Below are positions 21,700 through 32,797 of a stretch of 57,465 nucleotides of DNA, one piece after another (the stretch's first letter is position 1; the number at the start of each line of letters is the position of its first letter). The stretch spans positions 1 to 57,465 of the forward strand of contig CAXMRQ010000082.1 in NCBI GenBank assembly GCA_964196115.1, in the 5' to 3' direction. The position numbers and the translations under genes are program-made. The notes beneath the pieces were generated by a model. It was not told the DNA's origin. It made no database searches and saw nothing but the letters and a program-made list of their open reading frames with translations. Origin of the DNA: an uncultured Gammaproteobacteria bacterium. GTDB lineage: Bacteria; Pseudomonadota; Gammaproteobacteria; GCA-001735895.

Positions 21700-23930
21700 A
21701 CCAGAAAAAAATCATGCCGCTCACTGACTACGATGCGCTTGACAGGTTATGCACCGCCAGTGGGATTACAGGCGCTTACCACGATATCTGGGGAAACTAT
21801 CACCAGCCAACCGTTGAGGTGAAACAATCCCTGCTTAGCGCGATTGGCCTGCCTGTCTACAATAACGCCGATATTCACCGCGCACTAAAACAACAGCATT
21901 TACATGACTGGGATCGCATCGTCGCACCAGTGTTAGTGGTAGCAGAAAACGAATCTTCGATTCGCGTGAACCTAACCCTTGCGCCTGAACAAATCGCCAA
22001 AGCGGTTAGCTGGGAGCTAAACGAGGAATCTGGCAAGGTCCGGCGCGGCCACTGGATTCTCGAAGATACCAATGCGGTAAACAAGTGTGTCGTAAATGGA
22101 ATTCTATTAAAGCAATTCGAGGTATCATTGCCACAGCTACCCGGTGTCGGCTATCACCGTCTGAATATTACTTGCAAGGAGGGTGATGAGACCCAAACCA
22201 GTCTTATCGTTACCCCGCAAAGCTGTTATCAACCCGCGGAACTGGATAACGGTCGCAAGTTATGGGGTATCGCACTACAGCTTTATACTTTGCGTTCACA
22301 GCATAACTGGGGCATAGGTGACTTTGAAGACCTGCATCGGGCTGTTGATACGCTGGCCCCGCTTGGCGTCAATATTATCGGTCTAAACCCCTTGCACGCG
22401 CTTTTTCCGCATCTGCCCGAACAGGCCAGCCCATACAGCCCGACGGGCCGGGATTTTCTCAATCCTTTATATCTGAGTGTCGAGGCGATAGACGAATTCG
22501 AGCGCTGTGAGGAAATTCAGCAGCTGCTTGCTGAGAAGAATTTTCAAGCCCGCCTGGAAACTCTGCGCGAGACTAAACTGGTAGATTATACCGGCGTCTG
22601 GTCAGCCAAGCTGTTAGCGCTAAAAATGCTTTACCAATGCTTTCGGCAGGAGGATTTAGCGAGCAATTCCCCACGCGCTAAATCATTTCGCCAGTTTCAG
22701 GCTGAAGGCGGTAGCGATTTACAAAATTTCGGCCGATTTGAAGCGTTGCAAACCCAGCTTCACCAGCAGGATACCTCGGTTTCGAGCTGGTTGTCATGGC
22801 CCGAAGCCTACCGTGACCCAACATCGGATGCTGTTAATAATTGGGCCGATTCGAATCGCGAGGAAATCGAGTTCCATCAATATCTGCAGTGGAATACGGA
22901 ACTACAACTGGCCGATGTGCAACAGCATTGTGCCATGCGCGGTATGACAATTGGCATCTATCGCGACCTCGCAGTCGGCGTTACCAAACAAGGTGCACAG
23001 ATCTGGGCGGCACAGCCACTTTACGCACTTCAATCAAGCATTGGCGCACCACCGGATGACTTTAATCTACATGGGCAAGACTGGAGTCTGCCACCTCCGA
23101 AGCCGCAGGCCCTTATCGATGAAGCATATGATCCATTTATAAAAACTTTAAGGGCAAACATGCGCCATGCAGGCGCACTTCGAATTGATCATGTAATGGG
23201 GCTTATGCGTTTGTTCTGGATTCCACCGAAGCACCTGCCGGAATCGGGCAGCTATGTTGTTTATCCTTTTACCGATCTACTGGGTATTCTGGCGCTCGAA
23301 AGCCAGCGCAATCAATGCATGGTCATCGGTGAAGACCTTGGTACGGTACCCGATGAACTTCGCGCTGCATTACAATCAATTAATGTATTGTCTTATCGAG
23401 TCCTGTATTTTGAAAAAAACTGGCAGGAAGGCAGTTTCAAGCCCCCGCATGATTATCCACGCGATGCGGTTGCCTCGATCGGATCGCATGACCTGCCAAG
23501 CTTTAGCGGATTCTGGCAGGAAACCGATCTGGATTTGAGCGAAGCGCTGGATCTGTTTCCGTCCCCGCAACAGCGAGATCGACAAAGGCAAGCACGCACC
23601 CGGGATCGAATCGAGATTGTTGCGGCGCTGCAACGGGAAAACTTGATTTCAGCCGAGGAAATAAATGAAAATAATACAGCCGATAATTTATCGAGCGCAC
23701 CAACACTTCCAGTTCATCGCTACCTTGCACGCTCCAGATCCGCGTTGATGCTGCTGCAACTGGAAGACTTTTTCGGCCAAAAAGATCAAGTCAACGTACC
23801 GGGCACAGTTAACCAACACCCTAACTGGCGCCGAAAACTGCCGGTCAATATTGAAAATTGGCTGGATCAGTCTGATCTGGCGTCATTCGCGCAGGTAATT
23901 AGCAGCGAACGCGAAAATCTGGATCGGTAG
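21696..23930 (+). CDS. malQ: 4-alpha-glucanotransferase (GH77)
   Basis: QLYTLRS, WGIGDF, DLAVG, GAPPD, RIDHVMG, GEDLG, NWRRKL; GTGA overlap with glgX. Confidence 0.96.
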   Translation: MNQKKIMPLTDYDALDRLCTASGITGAYHDIWGNYHQPTVEVKQSLLSAIGLPVYNNADIHRALKQQHLHDWDRIVAPVLVVAENESSIRVNLTLAPEQIAKAVSWELNEESGKVRRGHWILEDTNAVNKCVVNGILLKQFEVSLPQLPGVGYHRLNITCKEGDETQTSLIVTPQSCYQPAELDNGRKLWGIALQLYTLRSQHNWGIGDFEDLHRAVDTLAPLGVNIIGLNPLHALFPHLPEQASPYSPTGRDFLNPLYLSVEAIDEFERCEEIQQLLAEKNFQARLETLRETKLVDYTGVWSAKLLALKMLYQCFRQEDLASNSPRAKSFRQFQAEGGSDLQNFGRFEALQTQLHQQDTSVSSWLSWPEAYRDPTSDAVNNWADSNREEIEFHQYLQWNTELQLADVQQHCAMRGMTIGIYRDLAVGVTKQGAQIWAAQPLYALQSSIGAPPDDFNLHGQDWSLPPPKPQALIDEAYDPFIKTLRANMRHAGALRIDHVMGLMRLFWIPPKHLPESGSYVVYPFTDLLGILALESQRNQCMVIGEDLGTVPDELRAALQSINVLSYRVLYFEKNWQEGSFKPPHDYPRDAVASIGSHDLPSFSGFWQETDLDLSEALDLFPSPQQRDRQRQARTRDRIEIVAALQRENLISAEEINENNTADNLSSAPTLPVHRYLARSRSALMLLQLEDFFGQKDQVNVPGTVNQHPNWRRKLPVNIENWLDQSDLASFAQVISSERENLDR

Positions 23931-23959
23931 TAGATTTCGATTAAATTAATTCTTCACCA

Positions 23960-24217
23960 TTGAACCTGGGAAACGCAGTTGGATCACGAAAGTCCACACA
24001 CCAAAAGTAGGCGCTTTTAAGCGAGCTCTTGACGCACCGGAGTGCCGCATCACTAGAAAACCAAATAACTTCTCATCACCAATAAGGTGGCTACGAATTA
24101 TTTGACAGGCACTATGCGCCAATATGACGTGCATGGATGCACTAATGCAGTGTTTGCAGGATGCAAAGGAGCTGCCTTACACGTCTTTTTCGCGCCCAAC
24201 TGCGTTTCCCAGTTTAA
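23960..24217. mobile_element. MITE family 2 with GGA hairpins and one 23-bp micro-unit
   Basis: 17-bp perfect inverted repeat CTGGGAAACGCAGTTGG (23966-23982 / 24196-24212), extendable imperfectly to TTGAA/TTAA ends; non-coding; between convergent genes. Confidence 0.8.
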
Positions 24218-26265
24218 TCTGTCGATTGAGTAACGATAGAAATTACACTATTTAAATCACTATTCGGTGGCTGGCAGGTAAAGCCACGACAGATCCATGC
24301 CGTGGTTATTCCATCCGCCTTTTTCGCTGCGATCGCATCAGGCAAATTTTTAGCATCAGATGGTATGAAAAAAGCCAGTTGAAGTGGCGATAACCTGGCA
24401 GCTAGTTGGTCTCGCCATAATTCGAGCTGGTTAGCTTCCCCTCGTACCATTACGCTGAAAGGCTGGTTATTTATTTCGTCCAGTAAATTAAGAAACCCAG
24501 CAGCGTAGAGGGGCGTCTGGTTCAGGTTGTCTGCGACCGAATGTAATGCTTTTTCGGCAGAATCAATGTACTCACTGTTTCCCAATAGAATTCCGAGCCG
24601 GTATAGAGCCAGGGAGGCGACGGCATTACCACAGGGCATTGCTTCGTCCTGCCAGGATTTGGGTCTCTGTATCAGGTCTTCATGATCGCTGGCGGTGAAA
24701 TAAAAACCACCATTCGTGTTATCTTCAAAAAATTCTAATAACTGCCCGGCAAGAGTTATTGCAAATTCAACATCGTCTGAGCGCCACTGGTATTGCAGGC
24801 AGTCGATTATGGCTTTTAAGAGATGCGCATAATCATCGAGGTAAGCCGGTAACTGTTTTCCTGATTGCTGACTCAGAGCGAGTAGACGCCCATTCTGCCA
24901 GCATTCATCGCGCAGGGCTGCAAGGCAGCGCTGTGCCATTTGGTAATATTCAGGTCTAGAAAGCAGGCGCGCACTGGTTGCGAGACCCTGAATGATGAGG
25001 GAATTCCAGGCGGTCAATATTTTATTATCGAGGCCGGGCCGGATACGCCTGTCTCGTTCGCGCAGCAGAGCCTCGTGACTGGTGTTTAGCTGAGTCGTGA
25101 AGGTGTTTACGTCAATCCCAAATTTATCTGCTACAGCCTGATTTGAATGGTAGGCATGTAAATGCCATTGCCTTTCGAAATTTGCCGGTTTATCGAGACC
25201 ATATTTATACGCGAACAATGGGTAAATATCGGCATTCAGTACTGTCTTTACCTGTTCAGGGGTCCAGGTGTAAAATTTGCCTTCAACACCTTCTGAATCT
25301 GCGTCGAGGGCCGCGAAAAATGTGCCTGAATCGGACTGCATTTCATTACGCAACCACGACACAATACTTTCCACTGCCGATTGATATTCTGGCTTTGCGG
25401 TCAGTCGAAACATCAGCGCAAACACACAAAGCAATTGCCCGTTGTCGTATAACATTTTCTCGAAATGCGGGATCATCCATTTTTCGTCCACCGAATAACG
25501 AAAAAAACCACCTGCCAGATGATCCTGAATGCCGCCGAGGGCAATTTTATGCAAACTAAAATCGATCGCCTGATAAAGTGGATCGCCTGGTGACTCAGAA
25601 AAGGCCCGATGAATTGCCTGCATTAGCATTGCGGCCTGGGGAAATTTCGGAGCTGCGCCGAAACCACCGTTATGATTATCAAACAGCCCTAGTAATTGCT
25701 CGTCGAATTTTATTAAGGACTGGATATCGGCAGCTTTTTGATTGCTGTTGTCCTGTATCGCCAGGTTGACCAGCGCCTGTCGCATCGATTCGGTGTGTTG
25801 CTGAATTTTCTCAGGTTCCTGCTGATAGATGCTGGCAATGCGTTGCAGAAGGTCGCTAAAACTGATCATGCCGTGTCTGGCGGTATGTGGAAAATAAGTA
25901 CCGCCGAAAAATGGCAAATGATCATGCGGGGATAGAAACATGGTCAGCGGCCAGCCGCCGGGCCGCTGTGCGATGAGTTGGTGGGCTGTCTGATAAATTT
26001 TGTCTATGTCGGGGCGTTCTTCACGATCCACTTTGATATTGATGAAAAGCTCATTCATCAATTTAGCCGTTTCGGTATTTTCAAATGACTCGTGGGCCAT
26101 CACATGGCACCAGTGGCAGGCTGAGTATCCAATTGATAATAAGACAGGTTTATTGAGTTGCCTGGCGAGATCGAGCGCTTCCTGCGACCATGGCATCCAT
26201 TCTACTGGATTATCGGCGTGCTGTAGCAAATAGGGGCTGGTTTCGTCAGCTAGTGCGTTGCTCAT
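24214..26265 (-). CDS. YyaL/SSP411 (DUF255) thioredoxin-domain protein
   Basis: [52 protein letters not shown]. Confidence 0.93.
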   Translation of the reverse strand: MSNALADETSPYLLQHADNPVEWMPWSQEALDLARQLNKPVLLSIGYSACHWCHVMAHESFENTETAKLMNELFINIKVDREERPDIDKIYQTAHQLIAQRPGGWPLTMFLSPHDHLPFFGGTYFPHTARHGMISFSDLLQRIASIYQQEPEKIQQHTESMRQALVNLAIQDNSNQKAADIQSLIKFDEQLLGLFDNHNGGFGAAPKFPQAAMLMQAIHRAFSESPGDPLYQAIDFSLHKIALGGIQDHLAGGFFRYSVDEKWMIPHFEKMLYDNGQLLCVFALMFRLTAKPEYQSAVESIVSWLRNEMQSDSGTFFAALDADSEGVEGKFYTWTPEQVKTVLNADIYPLFAYKYGLDKPANFERQWHLHAYHSNQAVADKFGIDVNTFTTQLNTSHEALLRERDRRIRPGLDNKILTAWNSLIIQGLATSARLLSRPEYYQMAQRCLAALRDECWQNGRLLALSQQSGKQLPAYLDDYAHLLKAIIDCLQYQWRSDDVEFAITLAGQLLEFFEDNTNGGFYFTASDHEDLIQRPKSWQDEAMPCGNAVASLALYRLGILLGNSEYIDSAEKALHSVADNLNQTPLYAAGFLNLLDEINNQPFSVMVRGEANQLELWRDQLAARLSPLQLAFFIPSDAKNLPDAIAAKKADGITTAWICRGFTCQPPNSDLNSVISIVTQSTD

Positions 26266-26347
26266 GGCTAAATTCTCATACGAATAGGCAAGATTATATC
26301 GTCCTGATCGGGCATAATTTCCATACTATTTAAGAATTGCTTTATCT

Positions 26348-27190
26348 ATGATTGCTTACCCTGAAATTGATCCGGTTGTTGTTGCATTAGGGCCGATAAA
26401 AATCCATTGGTACGGATTAATGTATCTACTCGCTTTTGCCAGTTTCTGGTGGTTAGGCAAAAGACGAGCACTCCAACCACAAAGTATTATTCGTCCGGAT
26501 CAGATTGACGACCTGGTTTTTTATGGCGCGTTAGGCGCCGTGTTGGGCGGGCGAATAGGCTCGGTATTTTTTTATAATTTAGACAGTTTTATTAATAATC
26601 CGCTCTACCTGTTTAAGATATGGCAAGGTGGGATGTCATTTCATGGAGGCTTCCTCGGGGTACTGCTTGCGATGGAGTGGTATCGGCGAAAAATTGGCTG
26701 TAGTTTTTTTCAACTCACTGATTTCATAGCGCCGTTGGTACCACTAGGGTTGGCCGCAGGTCGTTTCGGTAATTTTATTAACGCTGAGTTATGGGGTGCT
26801 CCGAGCACAGTGTCCTGGGCGATGAAACTGTCCTGCAAACAATTTCCACCGGATCGGTATGTCGATTTTGCCGGTCCTCTGTGTTTCAGCCCGCGCCACC
26901 CATCGCAATTGTATGAAATGATATTCGAGGGTCTGCTGTTGTTTGTTGTTTTATGGGTGATTTCCGCCAGACCAAAACCAGTAATGGTGGTGTCAGGATA
27001 TTTTTTATTGTTGTATGGATTAGCCAGATCCGGTGTCGAATTTATCCGTCTACCGGATGCTCATATTGGTTATTTATTAAACACCGACTGGCTTACCCGA
27101 GGTATTGTATTATCAGTACCGATGATTATATTTGGAACTGGATTAATTATTTTCGCTTATAGGAATAATCGTAATGCAGCAATATCTTGA
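26348..27190 (+). CDS. lgt: Prolipoprotein diacylglyceryl transferase
   Basis: [36 protein letters not shown]. Confidence 0.97.
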   Translation: MIAYPEIDPVVVALGPIKIHWYGLMYLLAFASFWWLGKRRALQPQSIIRPDQIDDLVFYGALGAVLGGRIGSVFFYNLDSFINNPLYLFKIWQGGMSFHGGFLGVLLAMEWYRRKIGCSFFQLTDFIAPLVPLGLAAGRFGNFINAELWGAPSTVSWAMKLSCKQFPPDRYVDFAGPLCFSPRHPSQLYEMIFEGLLLFVVLWVISARPKPVMVVSGYFLLLYGLARSGVEFIRLPDAHIGYLLNTDWLTRGIVLSVPMIIFGTGLIIFAYRNNRNAAIS

Positions 27191-27968
27191 CCTGATGCGC
27201 CATGTTATGGAAAACGGTAGCGAGAAGACGGATCGCACCGGAACAGGTACTTTGTCGGTTTTCGGCTACCAGATGCGTTTTGATTTAAGCAAGGGTTTCC
27301 CATTGATTACGACGAAGAAACTTCATCTGCACTCGATAATCCATGAACTTCTATGGTTTTTGCAGGGTGATACCAATATTGCCTACCTAAAGCAAAACCA
27401 AGTGCGTATCTGGGACGAATGGGCCGATGAGAAGGGTGATCTGGGTCCGGTATATGGCGCTCAATGGCGCTCCTGGGGGACTAGCGATAATCGATGTATC
27501 GATCAGATTCAACAGCTGATCGAGCAAATCAAGTCAAACCCGGATTCACGCCGGATGATCGTCAGCGCGTGGAATGTTGGTGAAATAGAAAAGATGGCAT
27601 TACCGCCCTGCCATGCGTTTTTTCAGTTTTATGTAGCCGATGGACGATTGTCCTGCCAGTTATACCAGCGTAGTGCGGATGTTTTCCTCGGTGTACCATT
27701 TAATATTGCCTCTTATGCCTTGCTGGTCCTGATGGTGGCGCAGGTGACGGGATTAACTCCGGGAGACTTCGTGCATACGCTAGGTGATGCGCATTTATAT
27801 AACAATCACCTGGCTCAGGCTCGATTGCAATTGTCACGTGATCCATATCCATTGCCTGTCATGGTGCTAAACCCTGAAGTAGATGAATTACTCAATTTTC
27901 AATTTGCAGACTTCGAGCTTCAGGGTTACCAGAGTCATGACCATATAAAGGCAGCAGTAGCAGTTTGA
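27174..27968 (+). CDS. thyA: Thymidylate synthase
   Basis: [30 protein letters not shown]. Confidence 0.98.
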   Translation: MQQYLDLMRHVMENGSEKTDRTGTGTLSVFGYQMRFDLSKGFPLITTKKLHLHSIIHELLWFLQGDTNIAYLKQNQVRIWDEWADEKGDLGPVYGAQWRSWGTSDNRCIDQIQQLIEQIKSNPDSRRMIVSAWNVGEIEKMALPPCHAFFQFYVADGRLSCQLYQRSADVFLGVPFNIASYALLVLMVAQVTGLTPGDFVHTLGDAHLYNNHLAQARLQLSRDPYPLPVMVLNPEVDELLNFQFADFELQGYQSHDHIKAAVAV

Positions 27969-28038
27969 GCAGGCTATTACTGCATAATTGATTCAAATTC
28001 GCGTACACTAGTTCCTACACTATTAACAACTCGTATAT

Positions 28039-28422
28039 ATGATCAATTCTCGCCAAAATAATATCAGGGTTGATGTTGAAACACATTATATTGAGGAACA
28101 GTCTAATCCTGAGCAGAACTATTTTGTATTTGCCTACACCATTACCATTCGGAATCAGGGTGAACTGACCGCCCAGTTGTTAACCAGACACTGGGTAATT
28201 ACCGATTCAAATCACAAGGTTCAGGAAGTCAGAGGTGATGGAGTCGTTGGCGAACAGCCCGTGTTAAAACCAGGCGAGCAGTTTGTTTATACCTCGGGAA
28301 CTATGCTGGAGACATCGGTGGGTACAATGAAAGGTAGTTACCAAATGGAATCCGATGATGGTTCGAAATTTGATGCACCTGTACAGGAATTCGTTTTATC
28401 CGCGCCCCGGGTTCTACATTAG
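28039..28422 (+). CDS. apaG: ApaG protein
   Basis: FAYTITI, RHWVITD, GVVGEQP, GTMKGSY. Confidence 0.96.
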   Translation: MINSRQNNIRVDVETHYIEEQSNPEQNYFVFAYTITIRNQGELTAQLLTRHWVITDSNHKVQEVRGDGVVGEQPVLKPGEQFVYTSGTMLETSVGTMKGSYQMESDDGSKFDAPVQEFVLSAPRVLH

Positions 28423-28464
28423 GTATTCGTTATACGACCTGGCTAATAGGGCCGATTTAAACTA

Positions 28465-29277
28465 ATGGCTGTCTATGTAATCGGTGATGTACAAGGTTGT
28501 TATTCCAGACTGATCCGTCTGCTGGAAAAAATACAATTTGATCAGGCTAAAGATAAACTGTGGTTCTGCGGGGATCTGGTTAATCGCGGGCCTGAATCGT
28601 TGCAGACATTGCGATTCGTACGCTCGCTTGGCGATTCTGCGATAACGGTACTGGGTAACCATGATCTGCACTTACTGGCGATTTATCATACACGCCAGGT
28701 CGTCAATGAATCGAATTCATTATCAGAAATTCTACTAAGCCCTGATTGTGAAGAACTCGTCGCCTGGTTACAGTCACAGCCAATGATTCATTATGATGAA
28801 GATTTAAATTTTGTTCTCGTGCATGCAGGTATAGATGCCAATTGGAGTATCGCCCAGGCGATTGAATATGCGAGTGAACTAGAGCGGGTATTGCGATCTG
28901 AAAGCAGCGAGTCCTTTTTTAGACAGATGTATGGAGACCAGCCGGATCGTTGGTCAGAAGATTTAACCGGCATAGATCGATTGCGTTGTATTACCAATAT
29001 ACTCACACGTCTGCGCTTCTACACCGCTGATGGTCGACTTGAGTACCAGGCAAAAGGTGGCCCACAGCAACATGCAAGCGCAGGCCTGGTGCCCTGGTTT
29101 GAGAAAAATCTGAGAATAAATACAGCTACTCGCATCATATTCGGACATTGGTCGACGCTTAAATTTGGTGTCTATGGTCGGCACTTTGCGATAGATGGAG
29201 GCTGTGTCTGGGGGCGCAAATTTGTTGCGTTGCGAATAGATACCCGCGAGCCTCGGTGGTTTGATGTCGATTGTTAG
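28465..29277 (+). CDS. apaH: Symmetrical Ap4A hydrolase
   Basis: IGDVQGC, GDLVNRGP, LGNHD, VHAG, FGHWS, DGGCVWG. Confidence 0.96.
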   Translation: MAVYVIGDVQGCYSRLIRLLEKIQFDQAKDKLWFCGDLVNRGPESLQTLRFVRSLGDSAITVLGNHDLHLLAIYHTRQVVNESNSLSEILLSPDCEELVAWLQSQPMIHYDEDLNFVLVHAGIDANWSIAQAIEYASELERVLRSESSESFFRQMYGDQPDRWSEDLTGIDRLRCITNILTRLRFYTADGRLEYQAKGGPQQHASAGLVPWFEKNLRINTATRIIFGHWSTLKFGVYGRHFAIDGGCVWGRKFVALRIDTREPRWFDVDC

Positions 29278-29432
29278 TAGGTATTTCTATTTAAGTAGAC
29301 TTATTTTGAAGCTAGAATGTGACTTAGTACTAAATGTTGACCTTTGTCGCCTAAACAGAACCTTTCAGCCTTATTATTAGGTTGCGCGGTCAGTTTTGTA
29401 GTTATAATCCTGGAAACTATGTGGTGTTTTAA

Positions 29433-30053
29433 ATGGCTATTGATCGGCGCGATGTAGTTCAGATGCTGAGAGAAGAAAACGAGGCTCTCAAAGCTCTTAA
29501 TCAGCAAATCAATGTACGACTGACTCGGCATCAGCAAGCGTTCCGAGCCTTGATTCAAATGGACGATACGATGCGCGCGCTTTCCGCAGTGTTTGATGTG
29601 GAAAAGTTGATCAGTAAGCTGTTGTCTCTGGTGTTACATGCCTGTGACTCTGAAAACGGATCGTTGGTTTTAGTTGATGATGAAAGCGGTGAACTGGTAT
29701 TTGCAGATGTGGTTGGCGAAGCCAGAAAGCAGTTGCTTAATCACCGTATCAAACCAAATGTCGGAATTATAGGGAATGTATTGATAACCAGGGAACCGAT
29801 ACTGGTCGCCGATGTGCGAAAATCGGCTCAGTGGTCGCCTGAGATAGATCGGGTTGTCGGTTTTAAAACCAATGCGTTGATGTGCGCGCCTTTGTATATC
29901 GATGACAAAACATACGGAGTGATTGAAGTGGTAAATAATAACTCTAATAACGACTTCGATGAAAACGATCTCGCAATTTTGCGAGTGACCGCACGTTTTG
30001 TCAGCCAGGCGCTGCAAAAAGCAGAAGATATCACCCTTTTGGGAGTTAAATAA
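29433..30053 (+). CDS. Stand-alone coiled-coil + GAF domain protein
   Basis: N-terminal heptad helix, then GIIGNVL, GFKTNALMCAPL, GVIEVVN, FDENDL (GAF NKFDE-like). Confidence 0.85.
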   Translation: MAIDRRDVVQMLREENEALKALNQQINVRLTRHQQAFRALIQMDDTMRALSAVFDVEKLISKLLSLVLHACDSENGSLVLVDDESGELVFADVVGEARKQLLNHRIKPNVGIIGNVLITREPILVADVRKSAQWSPEIDRVVGFKTNALMCAPLYIDDKTYGVIEVVNNNSNNDFDENDLAILRVTARFVSQALQKAEDITLLGVK

Positions 30054-30058
30054 ACCTG

Positions 30059-31063
30059 ATGAAAAAATTAAATTTTGCCCCTTTAACTATTATTGCCCTG
30101 GTATTATTTGCGCAATCGGCAGTGGCCCAGGTGGCCGTCGAACTGGAACCATCTTCCCGAGTTATTTTGCATGTGGGTCCAGGTATGTCGATCGATCAAA
30201 TTGTACGTAAAATCTATCCTACCGAAGTCGAACTATGGCTCGACATTAAAAACAAATTAATCGAGCTGAATCCCTATTCATTTCATCCTAACTCGGATCG
30301 CCTGGTTGCTGGTTCACGTCTCAAATTGGTGGAAATAAAACGTGTCGCCGAGCAGGTGGTCAGTAATAAAAGTAAAGTCGGTTACGTTGCGCGTCAGAAA
30401 GGACGGGTTACTGTCAAAGATTTGAACGGCGAAACCCAGATCCTGGAAATTAATTCTCCCATTTACGAGGGTGATCGCATCACCACTGGAATGGGTTCGA
30501 CAGCGTATATTGCCATGGACGATGGTGCCGAAATTTATTTAAAGGAAGATTCGATCATAAAGATCAGCACCTATGTTATTACCTCTGGATTTGATAAAAA
30601 CAGTAGTAGTATTCTTGATCTAATTAGGGGTGGATTAAGAAAAATTACCGGCTCAATCGGTGCTAGCGCGCTGTCCAATTATCAGGTTCAAACCGGTCTG
30701 GCAACAATCGGAATACGGGGCACTGAATATGTGATCAAGCTTTGCAAGCTGGACGATTGCAATCAAACTGTCGGTCGTAATGATCCCGATGCAAAATTAC
30801 ATGCCGTTGTTCTGCAAGGCATTATTACATTGACCACCGAGGATGACGTGCAGATTCTGATGGCAATAGGGGAGTACGGCACGGCATCACGAGATGAACT
30901 GGCTGTTCTTGATGATGTTACGATTCCTTCAGGTTTGCTCGATACCGAGGAATCAACACAGTTTAATGTGATTGTTCCTCAACAACAGGAAAAAGTCGAA
31001 GATTCATCCGATAGTATGTGGAAATGGATTCTTGGAATTATTCTGATCGCAGCTGGAATTTAA
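30059..31063 (+). CDS. Exported FecR-domain protein with N-terminal LysM/FimV-like region and C-terminal hydrophobic tail
   Basis: Signal peptide; IYEGDRITTG, LIRGGLRKITG, TGLATIGIRGT FecR motifs; ends WKWILGIILIAAGI. Confidence 0.78.
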   Translation: MKKLNFAPLTIIALVLFAQSAVAQVAVELEPSSRVILHVGPGMSIDQIVRKIYPTEVELWLDIKNKLIELNPYSFHPNSDRLVAGSRLKLVEIKRVAEQVVSNKSKVGYVARQKGRVTVKDLNGETQILEINSPIYEGDRITTGMGSTAYIAMDDGAEIYLKEDSIIKISTYVITSGFDKNSSSILDLIRGGLRKITGSIGASALSNYQVQTGLATIGIRGTEYVIKLCKLDDCNQTVGRNDPDAKLHAVVLQGIITLTTEDDVQILMAIGEYGTASRDELAVLDDVTIPSGLLDTEESTQFNVIVPQQQEKVEDSSDSMWKWILGIILIAAGI

Positions 31064-31142
31064 GATTTTCTGAATCTTCAGTGGTTGTCAAATAGCCCTC
31101 CAGAGCACTGGGGGGTAAAATGCATCCAAAATTGTAGAAAGA

Positions 31143-31445
31143 TCAGGCCGCGAAAGCGCCGGCAATTTCCAGCAGACTTTTTACACTATGCTGCTTGTTA
31201 CCCAGCACTATCATTTGGTGAAGCTGCACATAGCCTTCGACAAATGGCACAAGCCTCTGGTTTTTAATCAGGTAAGTTCCGTTGGTAGAGCCTAAATCGC
31301 GCAGATATACCTCACCGCTGATAATTTGAATTTCAGCGTGTTGCTTGCTGACGGTGGGGTCATTAATATAAATATGACCTTCTCGGCCGATAATATAGCT
31401 GCGATTTTCCATTTCAGTGGTCTCCTCGCTAATATTTTTATCCAT
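31143..31445 (-). CDS. FHA domain-only protein
   Basis: IIGREG, TVSKQHA, LRDLGSTNGTY. Confidence 0.88.
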   Translation of the reverse strand: MDKNISEETTEMENRSYIIGREGHIYINDPTVSKQHAEIQIISGEVYLRDLGSTNGTYLIKNQRLVPFVEGYVQLHQMIVLGNKQHSVKSLLEIAGAFAA

Positions 31446-31503
31446 ATTAGACGATCCGTTTATCTACACTTTTTTGTGGAACGCAATCCTACTCCAAATA
31501 AAA

Positions 31504-32001
31504 TTATAATTCCCGTGAATACTTTACAAAAGAATAAGGGAATTGATTTTTTTCGTCGGCATTAAAATCATACCGAGAGGCTAGTTTCCAGCATTCTGGA
31601 TCAATTTCAGGAAACCAGGTATCACCTGTAAACTCATGGTGAATCAATGTTAAATAAATTATATCGGCTCGATCTATAGTTTGCTCATAGAGACTGGCGC
31701 CACCAATTAACATGGCTTCTTTACTGTCTTTTACCAGGTATAGCGCGTGATCGATACCAGCAGCGACTTTGCAATTGGGTGCGTCGAAGTTGCTGTCGCG
31801 CGTGACCACGATATTTTGCCGACCCGGTAGCGCCTTTCCAATCGAAGTAAAAGTCTTTCTACCCATAATGATTGGTTTGCTCATAGTGGTTTGTTTGAAA
31901 AATGCAAGGTCAGCGGGCAGATGCCAGGGCAAAGTATTATTCTTTCCGATCAGGCGGTTACTATCCATTGCGGTTATCAATGAAAATATTGGTTTAGTCA
32001 T
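31504..32001 (-). CDS. folA: Dihydrofolate reductase
   Basis: LPWHLPADL, IMGRKTF, LPGRQN, IGGASLY, GDTWFP. Confidence 0.97.
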   Translation of the reverse strand: MTKPIFSLITAMDSNRLIGKNNTLPWHLPADLAFFKQTTMSKPIIMGRKTFTSIGKALPGRQNIVVTRDSNFDAPNCKVAAGIDHALYLVKDSKEAMLIGGASLYEQTIDRADIIYLTLIHHEFTGDTWFPEIDPECWKLASRYDFNADEKNQFPYSFVKYSREL

Positions 32002-32797
32002 GAGTTTGGTCAGATAATGCTGATTTGGGTAATGCCGAATTAGCCAGGCAGACGAAGTTCTGTAAGGTTAAATTCTCGGCGCGTAGGCGTTTGTCGATCT
32101 GACAGATGTCAAACGATTCCAGGGGTAGAACAGACTTCAGTGAATTCGAAATAGTTTTACGACGTTGGCTGAACGCGACCTGCACAATCTCTGAAAATCT
32201 GGCGAAGTCTTTTACGCCAGCTATTGAAGTAGCGTGCGGCGTCAATCTAATGATAGCAGAATCAACTTTTGGTGGTGGTGTGAAACAACCGGGTGGTACG
32301 TCAAATAAATACTGGCAGTGGCAAAAATACTGAATCATCACTGACAGGCGACCATAACTCCGTGAACCGGCTTCGGAAACTATACGTTTGGCAACTTCTT
32401 TTTGCACCATAAAATGCATATCCTGAATGTGGCTGATCGAATTCATCAGATGAAACATTAACGGTGTAGAGATATTGTAAGGCAGGTTACCGACAATTCT
32501 TAAGTTCTCCGAGCAGAGTAAACTGTCAATGTCAAACTTCAGGATGTCGGTGTTAATCAGATTTAACTTGCCGCTCTGAGATGCCTGTTGTTGTAAAACT
32601 GGAATTAAATCGCGATCCAGTTCGATCGCCGTAAATTGTTTGCAATGTTTGAGAAGAGGTAGAGTCAAGGCCCCCCGACCGGGGCCGATTTCGAGCAGAT
32701 TGTCATCCTGTTGTGGACTGATCGCTCGAATAATTCTGTCAATTATATTCCTGTCATGCAAAAAATGCTGACCAAAGCGTTTACGAGCTCGTTGCAT
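31994..32797 (-). CDS. rsmA: 16S rRNA dimethyladenosine transferase
   Basis: RKRFGQHFL, EIGPGRG, GNLPYNIST, MVQKEVA, PPPKVDS. Confidence 0.97.
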   Translation of the reverse strand: MQRARKRFGQHFLHDRNIIDRIIRAISPQQDDNLLEIGPGRGALTLPLLKHCKQFTAIELDRDLIPVLQQQASQSGKLNLINTDILKFDIDSLLCSENLRIVGNLPYNISTPLMFHLMNSISHIQDMHFMVQKEVAKRIVSEAGSRSYGRLSVMIQYFCHCQYLFDVPPGCFTPPPKVDSAIIRLTPHATSIAGVKDFARFSEIVQVAFSQRRKTISNSLKSVLPLESFDICQIDKRLRAENLTLQNFVCLANSALPKSALSDQTHD

